Shown: positions 41,904-56,900 of the stretch, piece after piece
Numbering within the stretch: position 1 is the stretch's first letter
How the letters are laid out: each line of letters begins with the position of its first letter
Source: Lytechinus pictus
Taxonomy: Eukaryota
Assembly (NCBI RefSeq): GCF_037042905.1
Contig: NC_087246.1
Span: 6,388,001 to 6,452,000 of the forward strand
Direction: 5' to 3'
DNA: 64,000 bases
The notes under the pieces: generated by a model
The model's database searches: none
Told to the model about the DNA's origin: nothing
Seen by the model: the letters and a program-made list of their open reading frames with translations, nothing else
Position numbers and translations under genes: made by a program

Positions 41904-44900
41904 CTAAGTTTGGGGGATAAGGCAAAGAAAGTGATGATTTTAGAATTATGTTTAACACTTTAGATTAAACTTTAAACAACTAGATATTAATCGTCTGAGT
42001 ACCATGTTGGACTTAAGAGGAGTGAGACAATGCTTAGGTAATTGGTGTCCTCGAATTTGGAAGGAATATAATAGGCTGTTAATGTTATTAGTTGTAGGTA
42101 AGTGTTCCAGCTTAAGAATGAATTGCTGAACAGTATATAGAATATTATACTTATATTCAATTAAGTTTATGTCAATTGTGTAAAACAATAAAATAAAAAG
42201 TTAACAACAATAATGTTACACTTATTTCATTCTGTAACTATAAAGTATTTGATTTTACTCAAAACCATAAAGATTGTTAATAATTTGGGGAGTTGACTGA
42301 ACTTATCATAAATTAAATATCAGTAAAGATATTTTTTTTAATGCATTCAGTGCATACTGCCCAACTTTGGCAAAAGGAAGCAAGTGACACATCAGTCAAA
42401 TTTGAGATATTGTTGTTTCTAAAATACCCTCTTTATTTTGAACGCTCAGGCAAAATTTGGGGAAGAAATGATCGTCCTATGGAAAAATATTGATGAAAAT
42501 ATGCTGTTAAATTGCATTGACGTCTACATGTATGTAAATGACGAACACACATTGTTCATTTACAACAAATGATACTTTTGTGACTTGCTTCCTTTTGCCA
42601 AAGTACGGCAGCATAAATTCACTGAGTATGCTGTTCTAAGTAAGTCCCTATCAACTCGAATATGCAAAGACTACTACAAATTCACATAGTTGAGTTTTCT
42701 TACCTTTTGTTTGCAGTAATTCCAGAAGTTCTCCTCTCTCTATCTCAGGCTCAACAGTCTCATCTTCAGCATAACCCAAGATATCAAAAGCCCAGTTTAG
42801 CTGCTGTTCACTTATACCAAACGCTGGTCTATGGTTCACATATACTACAAAGGCAAAACAAAACATAACATAGTGGTACATTGTCATTAAATCTTTAGTC
42901 CTTGGTTCTTCATACATGGGACAGGAAATTATATACCATCTCATTTGCAAGAGCATGTGCTTTTAGAAGGTACCAATAATAATTTAAAAGAAAACAAATG
43001 TACATTTAGCCACATTCAGTAAACTGGCTCAACATTGATGAACAGATAAAAAATGCAAAAAAATGTGGAGCATTATGGCCCAGGTGAAGTAAATGAACAC
43101 CCTACATGAGTTTATTCCTTAAAATGCTTCTGCACTGTAAAAGCTGCAGGGCTAAAGCCAAGGTAATCATATCTAAAGTTTTATTTGTAAAGTGCATATA
43201 CTGTATATATAAAATGATGTGATACGCCATACACAAATACTGAATGTTTTCATATTATAATATAAACAAACCAGTAATTCAGTACTTTGAATAATAGGAA
43301 TATAACAATGTGAATATGAAATGTTTTATGATGCTCTCGGCTTTTTTTCTTTTTTCCATAAAGATCCAAATTATAAATCATAAAATCATCAATTCTGATC
43401 ATCACAAACATGACAATCAAGAGGGATGCCATATTAAACAAGTACCGTTTGAGCAGCTTAAGTTGTTGCTAAAAATATGAACAAATTTCTCTCATATAAG
43501 TGTGAACAAATGAAAAACAAAATACACAAGAATAATAATGTAATAACAAGAAGAGAGAAACAGGAAGGAATGATTGAATATAACATCAATGTTTACTTAC
43601 GTTTGATAAAAGTTCCAAGATCAATCTGTGTGACATACTCTCCAGTGTCGACATACTCGCTGAATTTGATCTCATTGAGCATGTCTTCAACCTCCTGTTC
43701 ACTGGGATAGTGTCCCATTGCTCGCATCACAAAAGGAATCTCAGACAATGGTATCACCGTAGAGACTTGACGGGTGTCCATCGTATCAACTCCTTGACTG
43801 GTGTGATGAAAGGTGATAGATAACAGTTATATTCTGACATTCATAAAATGATTGATTTGTCTCTAATTTTTATTTCCTTATTCAGTGGTGTCGCTAATAA
43901 AATCTTGCACACATACATCATGTTCAAAGTGATAACAATCATCACCACCACCGCCACTGTCGTTGCCGTCATCATCATCGTCGTCATCATTATCACCACC
44001 ACCACCACTATATCCATCTATTCATCACCATCAGAATCACCAAATACCTTCTTACCTCCTTATCTGTGCATAGTAGAAGTAATTCTCCAGTTCTTTGAAG
44101 AGTTCCCCTTCCCTATCTCCTTCCATCAATCCATAGAATGGTATCAAATCATCACCACCAAGCTTCACTGCTGCTTCCAGAGCACTGTTTGTGAAAAATG
44201 GTCTCTATTATAAAGAAACTTCAAGAACCATTTACAAATACATGATTTTTATTTTATAACAATACAAATAAAACTTCAGTATTAAACATAATATTAAGAC
44301 AGGAAGAAAAGACAAATCACAAACAAAAAGACTACATATTCTATTTGCACTACCTATCAAAACTTCAAAATTTCGTTCACAATCTACCCAAAACCAAACA
44401 AGATGTTACATCCATTCATACCCTAAAACCACTGAGTTGAATTATCATTGGCGCTCTGACATAAAATTGTAAGATTGAAAATCCTGGAAGGGTCTTGACT
44501 TTGTAAATGCATCAAGATAAATAAGGATGGGAGAAAGTCACAAGGATCCATAAGGCAATAAGAAAAAAATCCCTTAACAATTTTGTTTTCTCTTCTTCTG
44601 TTTTCTTCATGTACCTTTTCTAGAGATTATAAGAACTTTTGTTATTTATGCTGGGGCAGCATTGTAGTAACACGATGACTTACTTGAAGTGGGTATCCCA
44701 CATGTGAACGGAGTAATCTGTACCTCCAGCTGTGAAGACATGCTTACCATCATAGCTACATGCTAGGTTGGTCACCTGGATAAAAGATATGTGAAAGAAA
44801 ACTAGATTTATATACGTCCTACCCAATATATCTGGAACCTTCCTATGGGAATTATCTCTCTTTCTAGTTTAATTGAAATGTTGTAATTCTCTTAAATTAT

Positions 44901-47900
44901 CATAGCTTCAGCAGTTAGTGAGGTGAAGTAAAAATTGAGAAAATGCATTTGATTTCATTTATTTAAAATATAAAGTATATAAAAAGCGATGAATGAATAA
45001 AGATTAAGAATAGGAGGGGACCAAATACAAGCTCAGCAGGCTTGTGTGGATGGCCTGAGTTGACATTCATAACTATACATTATACATAAATAACAATGGT
45101 AGAATACAGGACATAACATGAAAGAGGATGGCTAAGGTTACTTGGAGAGCAGATGAACAAAATGAATATATCATGGAATTTCCCTGATTACTCTTATCAT
45201 AAATTCTTTTAGGGGCTTAGCAATTTATTAAAGGTAAGGACACCCTCTAGTACAGTCATTTTTTTACCAAAAGCAATATGTTATTCAACTACAAGAATGA
45301 AGTCACTAACCCCTGAAGGGTGTGCAATGAGTGCCATTGCATTGTGGGGGTTTCCATCTGGTGGCATCTTATGTAGTCCCACCTTATCCTTAGTCACGTA
45401 AGCCATATATCGAGGATCATTTACAGGATCTTCTGATGGCAGCACTGCAATCCTGGAATAAAATATCATAAGAATTAGGGCATTTCCATAAAGTATGAAC
45501 ATTGAACACCCTATAAATGTGAAATTCCTTAAATGTCTTGTTTCTGTGGTCTAGATCATTATTATCATTTGAAAATTGTTAATGTTCTCAAATTATCACG
45601 GATAGAGCAGTTTGTGAAGTAAAAAAAATAGTATTGTGGTTTATAAAACCTGGATTTTACTGTCCTAATTCATTATATTCAATCTTATGTTAGTATACCA
45701 TTTTAAAATAACCTGCATTCCATAAAGAATTCACTAATAAACACTTTAATTTAGGGTTTTTATGACATAGGATAGCAATCATCATGAAAGAGAAAAATCA
45801 ATGATTGAGTGCAATCTTGTTACTTTTTATAGATTAAACCAAACATCTGTTTCATTGCAATATAAGACAACCAATCAGTAACTTACTGTTGAATAGGGCT
45901 CCCATAGGTGGGGGCCAACGTCGTTCTTCTGCACATCTTTGTTGTTGTATTAAACAGCTTGAATTTAAACTGTAATAAAAAAAAAATAATATTTCATCTG
46001 GTGATACATCAGTTATTATTATGATGTCCATCAGAGATGACTCACAGACATCAGTCTTCTATTTACATGTACTTCTTAAAGCAAATAAGCCCAAGGTTTA
46101 ATGCAATTAAATTACTCACTGCATGAACCTTCTAAAGATACAATTGTATTTCTGAAATCTGTATTTGAATGATGGAGAATTGGGCTAAACTATTACAATA
46201 ACAAACCTGATTAGTTAGTTAACATTGACGAAATATCACTGTTTTCCTCATATTGTTGGAGCCTTTTGATTTGTGTAAGAGCTTAAAAAGGGTATTTTCA
46301 CCACTATTCATTACATTTTAGGGTTGACGAGTCGATATAAACCTAATCAATATAGACAGCCTACTTTACGGGTTGAATGAAACTTATGATGTTATGTGTG
46401 AATGATGATTCAAGCATCAAAGCACAACTCCCAAGCATGTACTTTCATTAAGAACCATTCTGGTGATTCATGAAATCCCCTAAAAAACATGACATTTATG
46501 ATGGTGATTTTAACCCACTGATCAAGATTTGATTTTGGTATTTTACAACACATTTTCCATAGGCCCTTATCAAGTTACACTGGGTATAGTTTAAAGGTCA
46601 AGTCCACCCCAGGAAAATGCTGACTTGAATAAATAGAGAAAAATCAAACTAGCATAGTGCTGAAAATTTCATCAAAATTGGATGTAAAATAAGAAAATTA
46701 TGACATTTTAAAGTTTCGCTAATTTTCACAAAACAGTGATATGCACAACTAGGTGAGTCAGTTGATGATGTCTGTCACTCACTATTTCTTTTGTTTTTTA
46801 TTGTTTGAATTATACAATATTTCATTTTTTATAGATTTGACAATAAGGACCAACTTGACTGAACCATATAGTATTAAACAATGCTAATTCCACATGTTCA
46901 GGGATGAATAAATCGTATCAATTGACAATGAGGAGAAAATTATAATATTTCATATTTCCTATAATAAAATACAAAAGAAATAGTGAGTGGATGACGTCAT
47001 CAGTCTCCTCATTTGCATACAGACCAGGATGTGCATATAACTGTTTTGTGAAATTAAGCGAAACTTTAAAATGTCATAACTTTCTTATTTTACATCCGAT
47101 TTTGATGAAATTTTCAGTGTTATGCTTGTTGGATTTTTCTCTTTTTATTCAAATCAACTTTTTGTTGGGGTGGACTTGTCCTTTAAGGATGATCGGTTAA
47201 GGATCATTGTGATACCTGATTGTTTGCTGTAATGAAGAATTGCTCCTTTGTGATTGGTGGATACCAAGCAAAGCATTGTGGTACAGCACTCTGCTCAATA
47301 CGATCAGTTGACATTACTTCTAGATGATCTTTAGCTACCGTCTTCAAGTTATACTCAACCTAATAAAGATAAAGACAACAGGGATTAGTAACAGCAAAGA
47401 TTAATCTTCTGAAAGAATACATAACATGCAAGTGGATGTGACACCACTGATATATTATATTTTGCAGCAAGTGAGGGAGTTTTCACTTGATAGGAACACC
47501 TACCAAATGACCTATAATCTCCAAAGAACATTAATCTTGAATCCCCTGTATCCGGTGTGACCCCTAATATGATACTCTTGATATTATTTGCTTTACAGGG
47601 AGTAGCTTAGAGAAGCTTTAGTTGATAAAGGTACCTACCAATGACCTGTCCTCTCCAAGGGACATTAACCTTGATGCCCCAGAGTCCAGTGCGACCCCAA
47701 ATGTGATACCCTTGATATGTCTGTAATGAGCTCGATGTTTGCCCATGTATATCCAAGGTTCTTGACTATTAGGAGACTCTGCCTTGTAAACAGTCACACA
47801 GTAATCAGCATCCTGGAGGATAGTGAGGGTTAAAAATGGGGGTGGACATTTATTAATTCAATAAAAAATCCATGGTTTATTCACTGACGATAGCAAACCA

Positions 47901-50900
47901 TGGGGATATTATCTGCACAAGATTCAAACAAGTAATGGAGAAACCAATCAGAGATTTTATTGGTCAATCATTCTAGCTTTACATCTAATACATTAGCTGA
48001 TTTGTTCATCAATATTCTTTAAAAAAAACCTTATAAGCAGATATCCATCAACATATAATTATGTTTAAACAAAACATGAATTCATCTAGGACCGGCAATG
48101 AGTTCATGCATAAATAATACCACAAACTAAATCTAATATGCTAGACTGATAACTGACAAGAATAACAAACGATGAATGACATGAAACAGAAAGAAGAGTT
48201 GCTTTGTAATATTTACATCAGAGGATGTTCAAGTTATCAACTTTTTGACTTGTTTTATTTGTCTTGTATTTTCTGCTTGTCATATTGATAATTCCCTGTT
48301 GTAATGCATTTTTAGGGAATGCAAACTCATGTAAAAACTTACAGCTGTTGCCATCCATTTAGAATCATGTGAGAAGGTGACATGGGTTACGGCATCTCGA
48401 GAGTAACGGAACGGTTCTGGGTTTTCATCAATAAGGGTTATCGCATCAAGGATTCTTACACAGCCATTCTCAAAGCCAACACCTGAAAACAGTGTAATAC
48501 AAAGAGAACGATGTCAGGTCATTAGATAGTAGGAAATGGGGGGGGGGGGGTGTGACGTATAACTACTAGTGACTTGACAGTAGACAGTACTCAAACAAAA
48601 GACTCGGTGACGCGGAATTTCCAGTTATCATACGATGCATCAAGTATACAATCTGGGCATACCATCTAGCATACCATCGAGCATACCATCGAGCATGTTC
48701 AATCTGTAGCATAAAAATATAAACAAACAATAATAAGCATCTGTATATGCAGTTACATTTATGTACTTGCATGAGATAAAATAAATAGTCTATGTATTGC
48801 ACAAATTATTTGTGACGTTTGAATCTTGCATAAATAAATATTCTGGTTTCCTGTAACAAATTTACCTATCAAATTCTGTCAATGTATTCAAATGACCTTG
48901 AATAAACTTTGCAATATGCGGTTAAATAAACAAAACCTTTACTTTGTCTCATTTGTCCTTTATATCAACTACGATACTTAAATATTACCTTGCCTCTAAA
49001 CTATATACTCTGGGGCATTATTGACTAGCAATAACTTTACTCAAACCAATAACTAGGCTTTCATTTCACCTTCACTGTATGTGTTATTTGTAATTATCAG
49101 GGCTTTAAAATGCACCAAAAACTGGCTTTAATGCCTTATTTCCAAACTCATACATATACTGTATCCTTTTCAACAACTAGAACCAAATGTAGCTAACAAA
49201 GAACAACATTTGTTTATTTGACATTCCATTTCGTTTACAACTCTGAACATGAATTATAGCCTACTATGCACTGTGTGCGAGATTACCGCACAGTACCGTA
49301 CCGATATGCTATTACACAACACTCTTCATGTGCATGTCCAATTACCTATCAATGTACAATGTCAATATACGTTTATCACACGTGTATTCTATACGTAAAC
49401 TCCAAACACTTTCACCAAAGTTATGAGCTAAATTAACAACAAATTAATTATCGTCTCGAGTTAATTTTGGTTCCATATATTCAGTTAAACATTACATTAC
49501 GGAAATATAAAGGTCCTTTTACTTACAACATTGGACTTGTACCGATTATCTTGAATTCTACTGTAAAGTCACGACGGGCTGAACTTTAAATCTTTGTCGA
49601 TCTTGGCAAGGCAAATTTCCAACGCCCTCTATCGACCCAGATAAATGATGCTACAACTCAATTAACGTCTCTGACGTCATGTTAAATATTTCAAAGAAAA
49701 AATGCACTTTCTAAATCTTACAGGGGGGTTATAGAGACGTAACAACAGAAAAAAAAATGTTTCTTTTTGTTTTTAGAATTTACAAATTATATTTACTAAA
49801 TAACACCACAAAAATTTGCAATATATTAAAGAGTCATCTTCAAAATGTTTACATGATCTGTCTTGAATCATAATGTCTGCATACAACTAAAATATGAATG
49901 CAAGTTCTCATTAGCCAGCTATCTGAACATCAATGTCATCAAAGACATCGTAGAATCTGATAAAAATCAAATTGTGACTTTGGCAGAACAGGTTTGACAC
50001 ATTTATGTAAGCTAATTTACCTTGTGTCTCAGAAGAAAATATTTGGTATACAATTATGATCCAAGAGGTGAATATTCCAGCATAGATGATTATAAAATTA
50101 CACAATAACTTATAAACAGTGATATTCAAAAACATATATAACTGTCCTGTAAAACTTCACAAAATTTTCAAGATCTTTTAATGTGAAGTGTATTGAACTT
50201 TAGTTGTTTAAATGCTGTTGCATTCATATCATATCTGAGGTGAATGAAAATTGTCTAAATAAGCTTTATCTGATTGGCTCGAGATTGGGCAACACTTGCC
50301 CAAGAAAGATACATGGTGTACCGTGAAACCTACTACACTTTATCTGATAGCACAGTGAAGTAACACTCACCTAAGAAGGATCCAGTTGGGTCATAGCCAA
50401 CACATCTGATCAGGTTACCTCTTGGAAACTTTCTTGAAGCTACAACTTGTCTGAAAAAAAAAAAATTATGAAGTTACAAATTAAGCCTCTTATCTATGCC
50501 ATAAACTGAATTGAAAAAAACATATTTTTTTTAAATATAGATAAACTCAATATGAATTTTAAAAAAATGAGAGTAAACACATTCCTATAAAACCAGTGAT
50601 GGTTCAAGGATGCTGAATTCCTGACATCTCCATTATTCTAACAGCAAATAATCAAAGTCTGCGTTTAAAAATGAAATATTGTAGCTAATAGAAAAGCCTA
50701 ATGTTTTCACTCATCATACTCACTTTGTTTCATAATTCCAGACTTTCAACAGGCCTGCAAAACTTCCAATCACCACAAATGGCCTGGAAAAATTAATACA
50801 TACAAAAAACATTTTTAATGATTAATTCAATATGGTCTAAAATTCAGTTCTGTGACATCAAGGACAATGTATGTTATTCACAAGCTGCCTCAAAAATTTC

Positions 50901-53900
50901 TAACGAAATGAAATGCATAATAAAATACAGCTGCATATAATTCAGTAAAAAGTTACCATCCATAAATTCTAGGTAAAGAAGTTAATGACCAAAGTATAGT
51001 TAATCATTAAAGCTTGCAATAAAGATGACTTTATGATATTAAGTTGGTTCAGCAGATCAAGATTAGAATACTTTTTAGGCACGTGGTGTTCTGATCAGAG
51101 AGCTTGTATGGTTGCATATTAATTCACTCTATCTTTCCAAACCTTTCAAGAAGAGCATAACAATTTATTGATCTGTATCACGTGTACATGTACAGTGTAC
51201 TGTAAATTTATTTATCTCAATTACATGTATGGTTCACTTTCAAAAAACTATTATGAGATAATAAATCCAGGAAGTAAACTGAAAGAGAAAAGGTGATCAT
51301 GAAAATCAATAACCCTTCCTCATGAACAATACCCAGGATCAGGTTCATTGTTAGGAGCTCTGACTCATACACCTACATTGTATATGTATTGTGTTTTTAT
51401 CAAAGACACTGGGGTCAGGTTAATAGCTACTCTCTTTTCATTCTATTCATTGTCATTATTGGAAGGACTTTTCTGGTAGGATTATCAGGGTTCATGTATT
51501 AATGAAAAGCTTGCCTAAAAACTCTGCAAGTGAAAAAATAGAAGTCTTATAACCGACACCAAACTACACAAAATAAAAAGCGCTAAACTTTTGTTGAACA
51601 TGCAAAGAAAATGTTTTGAAGACACGAGCACACTAGCATTTTGATCAAAATTTGCCATTGGAAATTCCATAAATAATTTTCCAAGTTTACTACAAAACCA
51701 TTATTTTTCAAAATGTACAGGAGAAAAGTTAAATCTATATCCTCTAAATAACACAGTTATAGCTCATCTCCTGATATAATAAAACACAGAAGGATTTTAT
51801 AAGTCAGCACACAAAGAGTGGCCTTATTATTTCTATATTGTAATTCACCTAATGATACAGAATAAAGGATGTGACTTACTGTGTAGGATGAGATGTCAAT
51901 GCACGGATAGGCTTATCATGTTCCTCTAATATCATCTACACGAAAAGATAATGAAACAAATTTGTGAAACAAACATGCTTGGAGGAATGCAAATACAGTA
52001 TTGAACAAAAGATTAGAATTGATCATCTGTGCATAACTATATCACACCTACAATGGTACCATGGAAACTAATAAACAACAATGGTAACATACATGTACCA
52101 GCTTTATGATCAAAGTCAATGTTATTGCACAGATACAAATTGTGAGGTTTTCCTGCAATAGAGCCAGGGAATACCAGAAGTTTCGAAAAATTCAACGAAT
52201 ATTTTTTTGTTCTAAAATGTATTGAAAAATGGCAACTCTTAGTAGTTGGAGTAAAATATTTTATTGAATCATAATAAAACTGGAGAATGACATTTCCAAG
52301 CCTGAAATCATAACAGTTAGACAGGGTAACCTTTAGAATACCTTCCTTGACCTGTACAACGTCAACAGCAATTAAAAGAGCTACATCGTACCTGAGCATT
52401 AAAAGTGCTCATCATGGGTACCTACCTTGACCTGTACACCATCAGCAATGACTAGAGCGACCTGAGCATTAGAGGTGCTTACAATGTAATCTTTTGTAAC
52501 AAATGACTTGGCATGAATGGTGGCATCCTTTGGGTAGTCACTGTCGGGTTTAGCTCTTGATTGAGAAGATTCAGATAAGAAAAAAAGTATTAATAAACAA
52601 CAGTGGCATACTGTCAAACGCACTCATGGCACTAGTTCAGCAACAGTTCTTGTACTACAGGTGTACTATGGACGAATATTTGACATGTTAAATAGTTGTA
52701 AGATATTTAACCCCCTTGTAAACTTATAAAGTTCAAACATTATTCATCTCTGTTCACTGACAATTCAAAGGACAAGGCTAAGATAAATAGGATACCCATT
52801 TTTTAGTCATTCTATAAGGTTGACGGAAATGCATACAGGAGCTAAATTTTTGTCTGTTTTTAATAAATTTATACCAGTAGTATTAATGACCATGCACTTA
52901 AAGTACAATTTTTTTTATTCTTTTGGTCATCTTAATAATGCTGTCTTAATTCTATTTTCCTTTTTTTTCTAAATAATTCCTACTGTATAACCATAGATTT
53001 CAAATGAAAAAAAAAAATCATACTTCAAGTAGTAGTAGTAATAATAGATGTAGTAATCCAGGTTTTATATGTTGTCCCTTATTATCCCTGACTATGTGGA
53101 TTTGAACCAAGGACAAAATACTTTCAACCGGGAGTTAGATTGGGTTACGTTTCCGCTTAATGAAAAATTTGTGTACATTTAAACAAATATATTACATCTA
53201 CTACATCTGAGGAATGTGTCGTAAAGCTGTCCATAAAGAAGGTCTTTATGAATGACTGGTAAACATATGGTCTCTCAATGCATTTCTAATTGCATCAGCT
53301 TAGTTAAATCATGCGTATGTTTCATGGAAAGTGTTTTTGGCAAGATTTTAATAGAATAGTTTGAAGCACAGTCATATTTGATACAAGTGTAATGAAAACT
53401 TTGAGCTAACATTTAGGCACTTTATAATTCCAAGTTGTTCATCAAGTCTTGAGTAAAATTTAAACAAAACCTTTATGAGAAAGCCCTTCGGACATAGCAC
53501 AACTATCACTTGAACCACTAAGATACAGTTTTTGGCCCGGTTTTTCAAAGATTTGTAAGAGACAATAATCAAACTCAAACTGTGATTGATCTGAAATGGT
53601 GTAGTTAAGAGATAGGAATTTCAGTTTGATTTGAGTCCATAATGCAATCTATTAAGACAGGGCCCTGGTCTTTATACTTACTCAGATTTGAAGTCTGGCA
53701 CATAGGAGAATGAGACCGAATTGATAGGACCAACGTTTAGTTCACTATACCAGTTTGACATCCTAAGCTGAAGGTCATAGAACTTAACATGGCCAAGAGC
53801 ATCTCCTGTCACCACAAACCTGAAGGAATCCAAATAAAAACATTTAGAACTGATAATCTTTTCTTTTAAAACAGAGAAAATTATAACCAATTTTCCTACA

Positions 53901-56900
53901 AATTACACAAAAAGACAAAAAGACTGTAATATATCTTACAAATATTCTCTGGATGTCAAGATCATAGTTACTAATAAATTGTTATAGAAAAAAAAATTGA
54001 AATCAATGTTAGCAACCTCCCTCAGAAATTCTACTATATACATGTAATTCCCTAACAAGGGTCACCTTATCAATCATGCCACTATTTGTTTTTCTCTCCA
54101 TACAGTAGTACTAAACTGTGAAGATGTCCACAAAGCCACTTCATGCCTAAACATCAAATAATTAAAAGCAATTTTTTTTTTTAAATCTTCTTTTCTAATT
54201 GGGCACAATACTCTTGGATACTGTACCTATTATAATGTCATGAATCAGGGTTAATTTAAGAAAATTTATCAATCATGAACATCCCTCATTTAGTTGGGAC
54301 TGTCACAGAAATATCAAGACAGTTGGCAATCTGTAAATCTGTTATTTCATGAAAGGTCTTATCAATGGAATTCATTTAGCCAATCACATGAAATCATTTT
54401 GTAGCTTTTAACACTGACCTGTCTGTAGTTGTTAGGACTGTAATACCTCTCTCTTGAAGTCTAACAAGCTTGAAGGCTTTCTTGTTAGGTGATGGTTCCA
54501 AGTTAGGAGCTGAAGGTAAAATGAAATATTTATTATCTTACATATTTTCCACTATTTACAAGTAAAACAATGCAATGAGTTAGTAATCCACTTGACAAGG
54601 CTTCCATTTTTCTTACCATAATTCATAATCATAATCGTTCTTCGCTACTCAACAAATTAAAGTTGAATCATTTACAGTTGTATCACCTGAATATACAAGT
54701 ATTCTTTGAAAACACTGTGATATCATGATAATAAATTGCCTTTCCTCATCCAATATAAAATCTCAAATTAAATCAGTTCAAAGCTGCTCATTAATCTACA
54801 GATATTATTTCCCTCAAGTTAATTTCTGCAGCACTTTGTCCTATACTTTCCTATGTGCCTTGATTGTATTAAATATTTGTATCATCAACGATGGTGCATT
54901 GACTTCACACACAGGAATATCTACTTACGTCCAGATGTTGGTCTATTGTTATCCCAGACAACAACATTACCAGCGGCTGTAGCGGTCAGTGCTCTTGTAC
55001 TGTTGTGACAGAAGATGGACTGACTGAAATTACCGACTACTCTGTTGAAGTCTTGGTCAGTTAATGGAGGAGCAAAGAATTCAATCTTATCTCCACCCTG
55101 TTGAAATGAGATCAAAGTAATAATGCAATAAGATCGATAATGAAATAATTTTAAGGTGAATTAAATGTTACATTATCAAACAGATAAGAACAACCTGAAA
55201 ACAAAATAAGTCTAGTGTAATGTAATGAAATATAAAAGCACATGATACATATGAAATGCAAGAGTATGCTAGCGTTCAATTTTCTTTTTCTGTCCAGATA
55301 TGATAATTAAAATAAGAAATAAATTCAGATTACACTGTTCCTTTAGTAAGAAGGCTCATTTTGCAGGTCTTAAAACTAATGTTCTTGTTTTTCAGGAATA
55401 TTTAACCTTATATACAATACAAAAACTTTAATAGTAGGAATTGGTACAACATCTGAAACAATACATATAGTTTGTGCCCAGTCTTTCAAAAAGGAATCCC
55501 ATAAGCGCCTATTCATAACTTATTCTCACCTTCATCCTAAACAAAACTTAAAGAATATAGGAAAGCTGCTGTGAAGATGCGACACTTCTGCTCAAAGATG
55601 TAACACCTAACTTTGGTAAACTGCCTGATTTTCTTTCTCATTTTTATGCACCACTTTTAGTTACAGTATAAAAGTTTTTTTCATAATATACATTACCATG
55701 CATGCCCCTTTCTCATCAAAATAAATGTGGCTCACCCATTTGTAGAAGATGACTTGTGTTGGACTGTTAGAAACAATTTGATAATGATCTTCAGGATTAA
55801 ACATGACGTAAGTCTGCTGACCATAGTTGATTCCTAGTTCCTTGCTAGCCACTGGGTATTCACCATTGGTTGTCCAATCCCAAATAGAAAGGGTCTAAAG
55901 AATGGATTAAACAATATAATGTAAATCAATACAAAACTTTAATATGTACATGTTCAGATTAAATTAATGCCTTAAGGAACCAATAAATGGCAAATATGAT
56001 CAAAGAATAAATTTGTATTAGGTGCCAGCTAGATCAGATTATTTTGTCTCGAAATATGAATGTAAAAGAAAAAATGTTTGCCATTCATGAATGATAACAT
56101 TATCAATTTTAAGCAGATAAATGTTGTAGTCTCAAGAAATACTTATTTTTCTACCTATTGAATTAAATGATATTCAATAAATCTAGTAAAATTTCATAAA
56201 TTTCTGATTCTACATTCTTCCTTGGCAATGTTTTTAATATATCATCTCCACAATAGTTTCCATCATTTTTTCACTTATGAAATTTAGTAATTTTATTACT
56301 ACAGTGGAATGGTTGCAAAGATTTGAAAAGGGAAACCTACCTGTTTCTTAGCTGCACTGAGTGTAACAATGTATTTAGCATCATGTGTCATGTTAATACC
56401 CACTACACCGCCATCAGGATGAGGGTCAAAGATCGTCTGCACAGGAGTCCTACACAAAATATAACGCACAGTGGTAATTAACTATTCATGCTCATCATCC
56501 AGGTATGTTCTGACACAAACTTTCAATAATTAAGATTAAGACATAGGAGAAAATGATGTTCAAACTATCAACAAAATTCACATAAAGCAAATTACATAAA
56601 CACGTTCATATCTTCAAAATTCCTATCCAATGCTTTGCTTGTTCAAATGCATTACATATGAAAAGTAAAGTCTAGAGCATATCACAGAAATAACTGTCAT
56701 CAAATAAACCTGATTTTTTACAAATCAGATTGGTTGATTGTTTTTTTTTCTGCAATGGGCTACTGATCAAAATTATTCAATCTTGTGCTTAAAACCAGCA
56801 CACCTTGCATGCATAGATATTATTACAAAATCATTTTGCTTTTTCCTACCCGATTCATATTCCACATTCATGAATTGAAAAACATAAAGAAAAACTTAAC

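Noticed and set aside
52037..52399. 120-aa minus-strand ORF as a separate gene or mutually exclusive exon
   Set aside because: Its similarity comes from the degenerate exon 11 duplicate, which has a frameshifting insertion and a dead donor; the rest reads as intron.
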